From Candidatus Latescibacterota bacterium (GTDB taxonomy: Bacteria > JAAXHH01 > JACQVL01): 49,727 nucleotides of DNA. This document shows, piece after piece, positions 40,122 through 48,972 of the stretch. Numbering within the stretch: position 1 is the first letter of the stretch; each line of letters opens with the position of its first letter. The translations under genes were made by a program, and so were the position numbers. The stretch is from positions 1-49,727 of the forward strand of contig JACQVL010000258.1 in assembly GCA_016209865.1 (NCBI GenBank), in the 5' to 3' direction. The notes beneath the pieces were generated by a model. The model was not told the origin of the DNA. It did not search any database and saw nothing but the letters and a program-made list of their open reading frames with translations.

Positions 40122-41141
40122 CTTGATATACATCGGGTTCGAGTACAGCCAGGGACGGCCGTCGAGCCGTGCTTCCACACGGTAGACCCCGGGCGTGGTC
40201 ACGGAGACGGCGCGGGTCTGGCCGGTGGCCTGGTCATAGAGCGCGCCGTCGCGAACGACCCGGATTTCCGCTGCGGTCGGCAGGACGACCTGAAGGTCGA
40301 CAGGCGGGACGAACCGGAGGTCGTCCCCCATCATCCGCTCCTCGCCGTCGGCGTTGCGACCGCAGAAGGCGAACCCCTTCCCGTGATGCAGCGGTTCATA
40401 GCTGAGGTAACAATGCCCTGCGCGGAGCGCGCTGTAGAGCGACGCGAGGGCCGTCTTCGGGTCTCCCGTCAACGAGGTATCGGTGATGATGTACGTCAGT
40501 AACGTCTCGAAGAGCTGACGGTACGGGAACACCACCAGAAGTCCGGCCGGGAGCTTCTTGGCATGGACATCCAGTCCGCCGATCGCGGTCACTTTGCGCT
40601 GTTGCGTGAGCTGATCCCATGCAGCCACCGTTTCGGGGAATGGCCCCTGGATCCACGCATCCGGGTTGGCATGGCGGAAGAGCAAGTTGTAGTACCGGAC
40701 ATCTCTGATCCAGTCGAACATGTACGACCAGAGCTCGATGCCCGTGAACGGCGCGTCCCAGGCCCGCCAGAAGTACGATTTCTGGCGGAAGAGCACCCGA
40801 TACCGCCCGTGAGGATGGACGACGATGCTCACCCCTCTCTGGGCGTCGATGTCCTCGACGATCCGGCGCGTCGACTGCCGGCCGTTGACGCGTCGAGGCA
40901 GGCCGAGCGACAGGCAGTGCTCACGAGAATACGACACCTCCTCGCCGACAGCAACGAGCAGACTGTCATGCCAGCCTTCATAGCCCTTTTCCCGTGCGCG
41001 CAAGGTATTATGATCAGTCATCACCAAATAATCGAGTCCTGCTTCCCGCCCTGCTGTAATGATCTCCTCTAAGGTGCCCTCTCCGTCCGAGTAAATCGAG
41101 TGGATGTGAATGGCACCCCGGTACCAGTACGATGTCTCGAT
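40119..41141 (-). CDS. PHP-domain metallohydrolase (CehA/McbA-like); probable non-canonical start near 41141
   Basis: Upstream of the called ORF the same frame reads YRGAIHIHSIYSDG...AGLDYLVMTDHN (PHP motif); also GEE, HP and GGLDVH. Confidence 0.8.
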   Translation of the reverse strand: METSYWYRGAIHIHSIYSDGEGTLEEIITAGREAGLDYLVMTDHNTLRAREKGYEGWHDSLLVAVGEEVSYSREHCLSLGLPRRVNGRQSTRRIVEDIDAQRGVSIVVHPHGRYRVLFRQKSYFWRAWDAPFTGIELWSYMFDWIRDVRYYNLLFRHANPDAWIQGPFPETVAAWDQLTQQRKVTAIGGLDVHAKKLPAGLLVVFPYRQLFETLLTYIITDTSLTGDPKTALASLYSALRAGHCYLSYEPLHHGKGFAFCGRNADGEERMMGDDLRFVPPVDLQVVLPTAAEIRVVRDGALYDQATGQTRAVSVTTPGVYRVEARLDGRPWLYSNPMYIK

Positions 41142-41182
41142 ACTCCACCTCCGGTGATGATATCTATAAGGAACAGCCTTCT

Positions 41183-41225
41183 GTAGTCGCCCTCGTACAG
41201 GGCAACCACAGAGAGTTGTCCCTAC
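41183..41225. repeat. GTAG-type REP remnant containing the epimerase stop codon
   Basis: GTAGtcgccctcgtacagggcaaccacagagagttgtccCTAC. Confidence 0.75.
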
Positions 41226-42148
41226 GCGCTATCGCCTGTGCTCCGGAAGAAGTCGACCGTCTGTTCGAGGCCGCGTCCCAGCTCGACGGACGGCACCCAG
41301 CCGAGTGCCTGCCGTGCCCGTGTAGCATCCAGCACGCTCCGGCGTTGCTCGCCTGCCTTCTCGGGCCCGTGCGTCGCCTGAACCCCTCCGCCGATGATAT
41401 CTCCCAGACGCTCGAACAGGACGTTGACGCTCGTCTCAACCCCCGTGCCGATGTTGAACGTCCCGACGACATCCAGTGACATCGCCCGGCGGTTCGCCTC
41501 GACGACATCCCCGACGTAGACGTAATCGCGCGTCTGTTCCCCGTCGCCGTTGATCGTCACCGGCTCCCCGGCCAGCAGTTTCCGGGTGAAGATGGCCACG
41601 ACGCCCGCCTCCCCGTGCGCGTTCTGACGAGGCCCGTAGACGTTCGCGTACCGGAGCGCCACGTACGCCAGGCCATGCACCGCGTAGTAACAGTGCAGGT
41701 AATGCTCGACGGAGAGCTTCGCCGCCCCGTACGGGGAGATGGGCATGGGCATGTCCTGTTCGGATGCCGGGATGTACCCCTCCCCGTAGACCGCGCCGCC
41801 GGTCGAGGCGAAGATCACCTTGCGGACCCCGTGACGGGCGCAGAGGTCGAGGAGACGGAGCGACCCCAGGATGTTCACGTCGGCGTCGAACAGGGGATCG
41901 CGGACGGAGACGCGGACGTCGAGTTGGGCGGCGTGGTGGCTGACGATGTCCGGGCGCTCGCGCTCGAAGACACCGTCCAACTGAGGGTCCCGGATGTCCA
42001 TCTCATACCAGCGAGCGTCGCCAAACAGGTTGACCCGGCGTCCCGTCGAGAGGTTATCGACGACGACCGCCTCGTGCCCGTCCCGGAGCACTCGCTCGAC
42101 GACGTTGGAGCCGATGAACCCCGCGCCGCCAGTGACGAGGATTCTCAA
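41222..42148 (-). CDS. NAD-dependent epimerase/dehydratase (UDP-glucose 4-epimerase-like)
   Basis: TTG start after AAAAGGAG; VTGGAGFIGS, YGAAK, RYANVYGPRQ and RDYVYVGD. Confidence 0.93.
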   Translation of the reverse strand: MRILVTGGAGFIGSNVVERVLRDGHEAVVVDNLSTGRRVNLFGDARWYEMDIRDPQLDGVFERERPDIVSHHAAQLDVRVSVRDPLFDADVNILGSLRLLDLCARHGVRKVIFASTGGAVYGEGYIPASEQDMPMPISPYGAAKLSVEHYLHCYYAVHGLAYVALRYANVYGPRQNAHGEAGVVAIFTRKLLAGEPVTINGDGEQTRDYVYVGDVVEANRRAMSLDVVGTFNIGTGVETSVNVLFERLGDIIGGGVQATHGPEKAGEQRRSVLDATRARQALGWVPSVELGRGLEQTVDFFRSTGDSA

Positions 42149-42165
42149 GGGAGGACTCCTTTTGT

Positions 42166-42275
42166 CGGGATTAGGGGTTCGGGAAAGACCATACAGACGA
42201 GAATGGAGCCATTCCTTAGTGCTGTTATGTTCTTCCTTCTTTTCTTCCGAACCCCGAACCCCCAATCCCGAACCC
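42166..42275. repeat. Inverted pair of (GGGTTCG)/(CGAACCC) heptamer arrays
   Basis: cgggattaggggttcg (42166-42181) matches the reverse complement of cgaacccccaatcccg (42255-42270) at 15/16 positions. Confidence 0.8.
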
Positions 42276-42284
42276 CGGGTTTTT

Positions 42285-43910
42285 TCACTCCAGCCTCGAC
42301 GGGTCGTTCCAGTGGAAGCGCGTCACTCCGGCCTGCGTCCCGAACCAGATGTAGTCCCCGTCGAGGAGAATCGCCTGGACCGTCTCATCGAGCAGTCCGT
42401 CCTTCGTCGTGTACACCGTCCACGTCTCCCGTCGCTTGTCGAATTTCACCGCCCCGCCCCGGCTGCCCAGCCAGACCGCCCGGTCGGACACACTCAGGCG
42501 AAGCCGTCCGCTTCCGGTCCCGACCGGGAGCAGCCATTGGTTCCAGGTGCCGTCGGCGCGATTGAACCGCGCTAAGGTTGACGGCGTCCCGAACCAGATG
42601 AAGAGGCTGTCCATCGCCACCCCGAAGACCGCGCCGTTGAGCTGACCGGAGTTCGGGTCCTCGATCTTCTTCCAGACGCCGTCGGCCGTCCTCCGGTACA
42701 CCCCGCGGTCCGTCCCCACCCACACCGCCTGGTCGGCGTCCACCGCCAGGTCGTACACCCGCAGGTCCCGGAGCGCCGGCTGCGGGACGGGCAGGATCGT
42801 CCGGGTGCGCCGGTTCATCCGGTTGATCCCGGCCGCCGTGCCGACCCAGAGGGTGGTATCACTCAACGCTAAGGCGGTGACATTCCTGGACGTGAGGGGC
42901 CGGGTCGGCAGCGTCGTCCAGTCGTTCGCATCTTTGTCGTACCAGACGAGGCCGTCGGCGGTGCCGAACCAGATGGCGGCAGTGTCGGACACGATGGCCG
43001 AAATCGTCCCGCTTCGCAGTCCGTCGGTCGAGCGCGGCTCGAAGTACGTCCATTCGCCCGTCCGGCGGTTCAACCGGGTGATCCCTCCGTCGTCCTGCAC
43101 GTCCGCCGTGCTGCCGAACCAGAGGTCGTCCCCGTCACGCGAGAGGGCGGTGACGTTCTGGCTGACCAGCCCGGTCCGGAGGAACGTGAGCCGCAGCGAC
43201 CGCAGCGAGGCTTTGCCGACGTTCAGCCCCCAGGTGCCGATCCACAGGTTGGCGAACGTGTCCTCGAAGAACGAGGTCAACCGGTACGTCCGGAAAAAAC
43301 GGTCCTGGATGAACTCGGGCGGCGTGAAGATGTACTCAAAGTCCGTGATGAACGTGGGGTATCGGTAGCCCGCCTGGCCTTGCGCCCCGTACCACCGGAC
43401 GGGAGACGACCCGCCGCCGAACCGGGAGGTGAGGCCGCCGATCTGCCACATCTCGGAGCGCCGGTCGAACTGCGCGGTGCCGTTCTGCGTGGCGAACAGG
43501 ATCAGACCATCCTCCGAGACGCCGATGGAATGGACGTCATCCAGGAACAGCCCGCCGCCCGACGTGTACGTCGTCCACGTCTCTGTCGTCGAGTTGTACC
43601 GGCTGACCCCGGCCCGGGTGGCGCACCAGAGTTCGTTGAAGAGCGGGTCGACCGCCACCACACGCACCCGGTTGTCGGGCAGCCCGTCGCTCGTCGTGAA
43701 CGGTTCCGCCCAGGTGTTCGTGAACAGGTTATACCGGCTGATGCCCCCGGTCGTGGCGAAATACGCGTACCGCTGGTCGGCGGCGATGGCGTTCACGTAC
43801 CGGAAATTGCTGTAGCTGACCCAGTCCCCCGGCCGGTAGACCGTCTTCGCCTGCGCCGGCGGGATGAACCCCCCACTCAGGATGACGATGAGGAGGAGAC
43901 GACGGCTCAT
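42285..43910 (-). CDS. Exported beta-propeller protein (two-component regulator propeller-like repeats)
   Basis: Signal peptide; repeated DGL.....V.AI..D...(I/L)WFGT..G units. Confidence 0.85.
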   Translation of the reverse strand: MSRRLLLIVILSGGFIPPAQAKTVYRPGDWVSYSNFRYVNAIAADQRYAYFATTGGISRYNLFTNTWAEPFTTSDGLPDNRVRVVAVDPLFNELWCATRAGVSRYNSTTETWTTYTSGGGLFLDDVHSIGVSEDGLILFATQNGTAQFDRRSEMWQIGGLTSRFGGGSSPVRWYGAQGQAGYRYPTFITDFEYIFTPPEFIQDRFFRTYRLTSFFEDTFANLWIGTWGLNVGKASLRSLRLTFLRTGLVSQNVTALSRDGDDLWFGSTADVQDDGGITRLNRRTGEWTYFEPRSTDGLRSGTISAIVSDTAAIWFGTADGLVWYDKDANDWTTLPTRPLTSRNVTALALSDTTLWVGTAAGINRMNRRTRTILPVPQPALRDLRVYDLAVDADQAVWVGTDRGVYRRTADGVWKKIEDPNSGQLNGAVFGVAMDSLFIWFGTPSTLARFNRADGTWNQWLLPVGTGSGRLRLSVSDRAVWLGSRGGAVKFDKRRETWTVYTTKDGLLDETVQAILLDGDYIWFGTQAGVTRFHWNDPSRLE

Positions 43911-45466
43911 CCGCGCTCCACGTCGACCATCGCCCTGGGCAGCCAGTCGATCAGGTCGCCGGCGATCAGGCACGGCCGGCCCAGGGCGGCGGCGGCCAGG
44001 TCACCCGCCCGTCCCTGCAGATAAACGCCCAGCATCGCGGCGTCGAACGGACGGAGTCCCTGTGCCATCAGCCCGACGATCGCCCCCGTCAGCACATCCC
44101 CCGACCCGGCCGTCGCCATCCCCGGGTTGCCCGTCGGGTTGATCGACACCCGTCCCGTCGGGTCGGCCACGACCGTCCCCGCGCCCTTGAGGACGACCGT
44201 CACGCCGAGCGTCCGGGCGGTCTGGCGGGCGATGCCGGCCCGATCCGCCTGAATCTCCCCGGCAGGACGGCCGATCAGGCGGGACAGCTCTCCGGCATGG
44301 GGGGTGATGACCGCGTCCGACGCACGGGACGCCAGCAACTCAGACCGTCCGGTGAACGCGTTCAGTCCGTCCGCGTCGATCACCATCGGCCGGGGCGACC
44401 GGGCGACGACCCGACGGACGAGTTCCGACGTCTCCTCGTGCCGGGACAGGCCGGGACCGATGGCCAGGACATTACCCCAGGCGAGCAATTCGTCGATCCC
44501 GTGTTGCGCGTCGAGACTCAACGTCCGCGCCGGCGTCTCCGGGAGCGGCCGGGTCATCACTTCTGTCAGCTTTGCCGCCATCACGTCCGCCAGACTCTCC
44601 GGCGTGCCTAACATCGCCATGCCCGCCCCGATGCGCAGCGCCGCCTGGCAGGCCATTCCCGCCGCGCCGGTGAGGCCGACCGACCCGGCGACGACGACCA
44701 CTCGCCCGCGGTCGCCCTTGTGCGCGTTCGGCGCAGGCCGGGGGAGGAGCCAAGCCATCTCGTCCGGCGTCGGAAGGGACAACCACAGGCTCTCGGCAGC
44801 GACAGCCTCGGCCGGGAGTCCGATGTCGGCGACTTCGACCTCGCCCGCCCACGCTTTGCCGGGGTAGACCGCCACATCCAGTTTCATCAGGCCGATCGTG
44901 ACCGTCCGGTCCGCCCGGACGCACGGCCAGCGGTCACGGCTGACCGCGTCCGGCGTCGGCACGTCAGCGGTCAGGCCGGACGGGACATCAACGGAGAGGA
45001 CCGGGGCGTTCGAGCGGTTGATGACCGCGATCCCCGCCGCGGCCAGACCGTGCGCCGGGCCTTTCAGCCCGGTGCCTAAGATCGCGTCGATGATCAAATC
45101 CGCGTGCAACCGCTCCCCGAGTTGCCCCGGTTCCGTGATTTCGACGATGGGCACGGCCGCTGCGTCCGCCCGGTCGAGTTGTGCGCGGGCATCCCCGGTG
45201 ACCGCCGGCCGGTCGCTCAGCAGCAGGCAGTGTACGCGGGCCCCGTCCATCGCTAACAGACGCCCGGCCACGAACCCGTCCCCACCGTTGTTCCCCTTCC
45301 CGCAGACGATCTCGACCCGCCGGCCGTCCGTTCCCCCTAACATCCGCGCCGCTGCCCGCGCGACCACCCGTCCGGCCCGTTCCATCAGGGTCAGACCCGG
45401 AATCCCGTACTGGTCGATCGCGCGCTGGTCGATCGCGCGCATCTGGTCAGCGGTGCAAATGAACAT
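43907..45466 (-). CDS. nnr: Bifunctional NAD(P)H-hydrate epimerase/dehydratase
   Basis: LMERAG, CGKGNNGGDG, DAILGTG, VDVPSG, IGPGL, IDADGLN, TPHAGE and ATAGSGDVLTG. Confidence 0.96.
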   Translation of the reverse strand: MFICTADQMRAIDQRAIDQYGIPGLTLMERAGRVVARAAARMLGGTDGRRVEIVCGKGNNGGDGFVAGRLLAMDGARVHCLLLSDRPAVTGDARAQLDRADAAAVPIVEITEPGQLGERLHADLIIDAILGTGLKGPAHGLAAAGIAVINRSNAPVLSVDVPSGLTADVPTPDAVSRDRWPCVRADRTVTIGLMKLDVAVYPGKAWAGEVEVADIGLPAEAVAAESLWLSLPTPDEMAWLLPRPAPNAHKGDRGRVVVVAGSVGLTGAAGMACQAALRIGAGMAMLGTPESLADVMAAKLTEVMTRPLPETPARTLSLDAQHGIDELLAWGNVLAIGPGLSRHEETSELVRRVVARSPRPMVIDADGLNAFTGRSELLASRASDAVITPHAGELSRLIGRPAGEIQADRAGIARQTARTLGVTVVLKGAGTVVADPTGRVSINPTGNPGMATAGSGDVLTGAIVGLMAQGLRPFDAAMLGVYLQGRAGDLAAAALGRPCLIAGDLIDWLPRAMVDVERG

Positions 45467-45474
45467 AGGAAAGC

Positions 45475-45582
45475 AGTGACGAGTGACAAGTGACGAGTGA
45501 CAAGGGTATTACCCCCCCTCCGTGTCCCCCCGCATGCGGGGGGACGATAGGGGGGTATCATTCCCGCGAAAGGGGAATCCAC
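45475..45582. repeat. Composite: (AGTGACR)x4 at 45475-45502, poly-C/poly-G hairpin at 45510-45557, dRS3-like palindrome at 45556-45582
   Basis: agtgacg agtgaca agtgacg agtgaca; gtccccccgcatgcggggggac; tatcATTCCCgcgaaagGGGAATccac. Confidence 0.85.
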
Positions 45583-46405
45583 CCGAGAGTCGTTTCTGCT
45601 TCATAAACCACACCAGACTGGCGAGAAGCACCACTCCGCTGACCAGCGCCGTCGGCCAGGAGACGTCCTCTAACGCGCCCATCCAGCGGAACTGTTCAGA
45701 CTGCTTCGCGTTGAGGATCACCAGCGACAGTCCGTTGTTCATCCCGTGGACGATGATGCCGGGGTAGACGCTCCCGGACGTGTACGCGAGCAGCCCGCAG
45801 ACGACGCCCGCTAACAGGATGGAGACGAACCACCAGGGGTTGATATGGACAAGCCCGAACGTCAGGCTCGCCAGGACGATCGCCCAGAACGGCCCGTGCC
45901 GCCACTCCAGGGTGGATTGGAGAAACCCCCGGAAGAACAGTTCCTCGCAGACCGCCGCTCCGATGACAAGGCCGGAGACGATCCACACCAGATCGCCGGG
46001 ACCCTGAATATTGAGCATCGCTTCCATCGCCTGTTTCAACGACTCCGGCATCGGGAAACGAGATTCCAACGCGGTATCGACCGCGTTCGCCACCATCGGC
46101 AGCGAGAGACCGACGACCACACTGAACGACACCGTCCGCCCGCCGATCGGATGCAGGCGGAAGAGGGCGCGGGAAGAGAAGCCGGTGACGCGGGTGAACA
46201 CGACGGCGGGGACGAGGATGGCCACTTCCGAGAGGACGAGGGTGACTTTCCCTAAGGCATCGAGCGCGAGCAGACCGGCGCCCATCACCGCTAAGATCGT
46301 GAAGACGGTGATACCCCACACCTGTCTCGCTGCCGGGTACCGGGGCGCGGCCTGGGGTTCGGAAATCTCGGACTCAGTCCTGTCCAGTTGCGGTTCCTGC
46401 ATCAT
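45509..46405 (-). CDS. CPBP (Abi/CAAX) intramembrane metalloprotease
   Basis: EELFFRG, FGLVH and HGMNN motifs; multiple transmembrane segments. Confidence 0.92.
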   Translation of the reverse strand: MMQEPQLDRTESEISEPQAAPRYPAARQVWGITVFTILAVMGAGLLALDALGKVTLVLSEVAILVPAVVFTRVTGFSSRALFRLHPIGGRTVSFSVVVGLSLPMVANAVDTALESRFPMPESLKQAMEAMLNIQGPGDLVWIVSGLVIGAAVCEELFFRGFLQSTLEWRHGPFWAIVLASLTFGLVHINPWWFVSILLAGVVCGLLAYTSGSVYPGIIVHGMNNGLSLVILNAKQSEQFRWMGALEDVSWPTALVSGVVLLASLVWFMKQKRLSGGFPFRGNDTPLSSPRMRGDTEGG

Positions 46406-46790
46406 CGGATGTTCCAGTCTGATGCGCGACGAGCGTGACGGCGGCGACGGCGTAGTCCGCCGTGTGGGACAACGAGACCAGCACCGTCCGCCGTCCGACG
46501 AGCTCCTGTGCCCGGCCGGTCACCCGGACGAACGGCGGGCCGTCGGTGTTCCGCCCGATCTCGATGTCCGTCCACTTGATGCCCGTGCTCCATCCAGTGC
46601 CCAACGATTTCATGACCGCTTCCTTCGCGGCGAACCGTGCGGCTAAGGAGGGGTAAGGGTCCTTGCGCTGACGGCAATAATCGACCTCAGCCGGGGTGAA
46701 GATCCGGTTCAGGAACCGGTCGCCCCACCGGTCGACCGCCTGGCGCACGCGCGCGATCTCGATCAGGTCGATCCCGACGCCGTCGATCAT
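46374..46790 (-). CDS. acpS: Holo-[acyl-carrier-protein] synthase
   Basis: GVGIDLIEI, LAARFAAKEAVMKSLGTG and VSLSH. Confidence 0.96.
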   Translation of the reverse strand: MIDGVGIDLIEIARVRQAVDRWGDRFLNRIFTPAEVDYCRQRKDPYPSLAARFAAKEAVMKSLGTGWSTGIKWTDIEIGRNTDGPPFVRVTGRAQELVGRRTVLVSLSHTADYAVAAVTLVAHQTGTSDDAGTATGQD

Positions 46791-48154
46791 GCCTCCCTCT
46801 CCATGCCGGTCAGCCACTCGCGGACCGCGGCGAACGCGTCCTCTCTGGATTGAATATGGCCGAGCGCCTCGCGCTCCTCGAGACGCGACAGGAGCGTCCC
46901 GACCCGCGGACCGGGAGACAGGTGGAAGGTAGCCATCAAGTCGTCCCCGGTCACCAGACGCGGACTCGCCCGGAGCATCCGGCGCCGGGCATCGAGCCGG
47001 AGCAGCCGATCCAGCAGCGAACGGCAGAACGCCTGATCGATGTCCATGATGCGGCTCTGCGCGAACGCAAGCAGCGCCACTCCTATCGTCTCCTCCCCGG
47101 CTTCGCGGGTAATCGCGTACAACGCTTCATCCCGGCCGGCTGTCTGGTGCCGGAGGCAGAGCACCGTGGCGGGAAGCCGGACGAGCCGCACTAACCCCTG
47201 CCGTTCATGCGTGCTCAGCCGCAGTCGCTCGGTGGCGATGCGCTCCGTCCAGGCATCCGTTCGTGACTGATCCGGGTCGTCACCGATGAGCAGAGCGGCC
47301 AGCCGGACCAACCAGCTTCGCCGGCGATCGTCCGTGATCGGACGGTCGAGATATTGAGGGAGCGCCTCTCGGAGCGCCTCGACCGGGATCCGGTCGGGTG
47401 CCGCAAGGAACGCATCGATCTGCTGAAAGAGATGGAAGGAAGGGCGCGTAGATGTCCTGGTCTCCACCAGCTCAGGAAGAGCGGCCTGAAGGACGCCCGC
47501 TGTGTACATCCGCTCCACCCAGGACGTCGTGTGAGGCTCCATCAGCAGCAGCGCCAGTTCGTCCCGGATGCGCTCGACAGAGACGGTCGGGAGCAGCGCC
47601 GCGTGCTGACGGAGCCACTGGTTCGTGGTCGGGTCAATGTCGAGTCTGAGCTGAGCTGCAAACCGGAACGCCCGGAGCACCCGGAGCGGGTCCTGGACGA
47701 ACGCCTGTTCCGAGACGGCCATGAGCCGCTGTCGCTGCAGGTCACGCATGCCGTGGAATGGGTCGATGAGCGTCATCGTCCCGTCGAGCACGTCGATCAG
47801 CCGGCAGGCGACCGCGTTGATCGTAAAATCCCGTTGCGCCAGGTCCTCTTCGATCGTCGCGCCCTTCATCGGAGCGAAGTCGAACGTCAGCGTCCGCCGG
47901 ACGACGACCCGCCCGACCCCTTCGTCCGGGTCGAGCAGGACGAATGCCCCGCGGACTGCGCGGGCGAACGCCCGGGCTGCCAGGAGCGCGTCGCCGGTCA
48001 CGACCAGGTCGACATCGGACACGGGCTGGCCGAGCAGCGCGTCCCGGATGCAGCCGCCGACGAGAAACACACCATCCGGGGCCGGCTCACAGAGACCTCG
48101 CAGCGCCGGGATGAAGCGCGAATTGGAGTGGAGGAGCGTGGTTATAGAGATCAT
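46787..48154 (-). CDS. Class II tRNA nucleotidyltransferase, probably CC-adding type
   Basis: VGGCIRD..L....DVDL, EEDLAQRDFTINA, DPLRVLRAFRF, ERIRDEL and C-terminal G.DLM...PGP.VG. Confidence 0.88.
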   Translation of the reverse strand: MISITTLLHSNSRFIPALRGLCEPAPDGVFLVGGCIRDALLGQPVSDVDLVVTGDALLAARAFARAVRGAFVLLDPDEGVGRVVVRRTLTFDFAPMKGATIEEDLAQRDFTINAVACRLIDVLDGTMTLIDPFHGMRDLQRQRLMAVSEQAFVQDPLRVLRAFRFAAQLRLDIDPTTNQWLRQHAALLPTVSVERIRDELALLLMEPHTTSWVERMYTAGVLQAALPELVETRTSTRPSFHLFQQIDAFLAAPDRIPVEALREALPQYLDRPITDDRRRSWLVRLAALLIGDDPDQSRTDAWTERIATERLRLSTHERQGLVRLVRLPATVLCLRHQTAGRDEALYAITREAGEETIGVALLAFAQSRIMDIDQAFCRSLLDRLLRLDARRRMLRASPRLVTGDDLMATFHLSPGPRVGTLLSRLEEREALGHIQSREDAFAAVREWLTGMEREA

Positions 48155-48180
48155 GACTCTCTCACGAATCGGTTCTCTCT

Positions 48181-48230
48181 TGTCATTCCCGCGCAAGCCT
48201 GTCCTCGCGCAAACGGGGACGGAAATCCAC
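48181..48230. repeat. dRS3-like element with an extra internal hairpin
   Basis: tgtcattcccgcgcaag-cctgtcctcgcgcaaacggggac-ggaaatccac. Confidence 0.65.
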
Positions 48231-48245
48231 ATCGAGCCGTGATTC

Positions 48246-48316
48246 AACGTACGGACGGGGTGACAGACTGTCAAGCGAAATCCATGTTGACAGTAGGGCG
48301 AACATGTGGTTAATTA
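48246..48316. promoter_or_regulatory. Back-to-back divergent promoters
   Basis: Minus strand: TTGACA-N17-TACGTT (48246-48274). Plus strand: TTGACA at 48287-48292 with an AT-rich -10 region at 48310-48316. Confidence 0.55.
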
Positions 48317-48363
48317 CAGCAGTTTTAGAGATGAATCTGCGTTGTGCTTGATGGGAGGGACGT

Positions 48364-48972
48364 ATGGTCACGATCGTCGATTACGGGATGGGCAACCTGC
48401 GGAGTGTGCAGAAGGCGTTCGAGCGGGTCGGCGTCGAGGCGGAGGTTCAGCGTGACCCGAAGGCGGTGACGCGGGCGTCGAAGCTCGTCTTGCCGGGGGT
48501 GGGGGCGTTCGGGATGGCGATGGCCCATATCGATGAATTGCAGTTGCGCGAACCACTGCTCGAGGCCGTCCATGCGGGGACGCCGCTCTTAGGCATCTGT
48601 CTGGGACTGCAGCTTCTGTTCGAGTCGAGCGAGGAGCTGGGACGTTTTGAAGGACTTGGCCTGCTGACTGGGGCGGTGAAGCGGTTCCCTGAGAACGGTC
48701 TGCGAGTCCCGCACATCGGCTGGAACGAGGTGCACCGGGTGTTCGATCATCCCATCCTCGACGGCGTGCCGGACCGGGAGTTTTTCTACTTCGACCATTC
48801 GTACTATGTCGTGCCGTCGGATGATGGAGTGACCGCCGGACTTACCGACTACGGCATCGACTTCCCGGCGGTGGTTGCCAGGGAGAAGGTGTGGGGGATT
48901 CAGTTCCACCCGGAGAAGTCGCAGACGTTCGGCCTGCAGATCCTGCGGAATTTTGGAGCACTCCGGTGTTGA
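48364..48972 (+). CDS. hisH: Imidazole glycerol phosphate synthase, glutaminase subunit
   Basis: DYGMGNLRSV, PGVGAF, GICLGLQ, PHIGWN and QFHPEKS. Confidence 0.98.
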   Translation: MVTIVDYGMGNLRSVQKAFERVGVEAEVQRDPKAVTRASKLVLPGVGAFGMAMAHIDELQLREPLLEAVHAGTPLLGICLGLQLLFESSEELGRFEGLGLLTGAVKRFPENGLRVPHIGWNEVHRVFDHPILDGVPDREFFYFDHSYYVVPSDDGVTAGLTDYGIDFPAVVAREKVWGIQFHPEKSQTFGLQILRNFGALRC

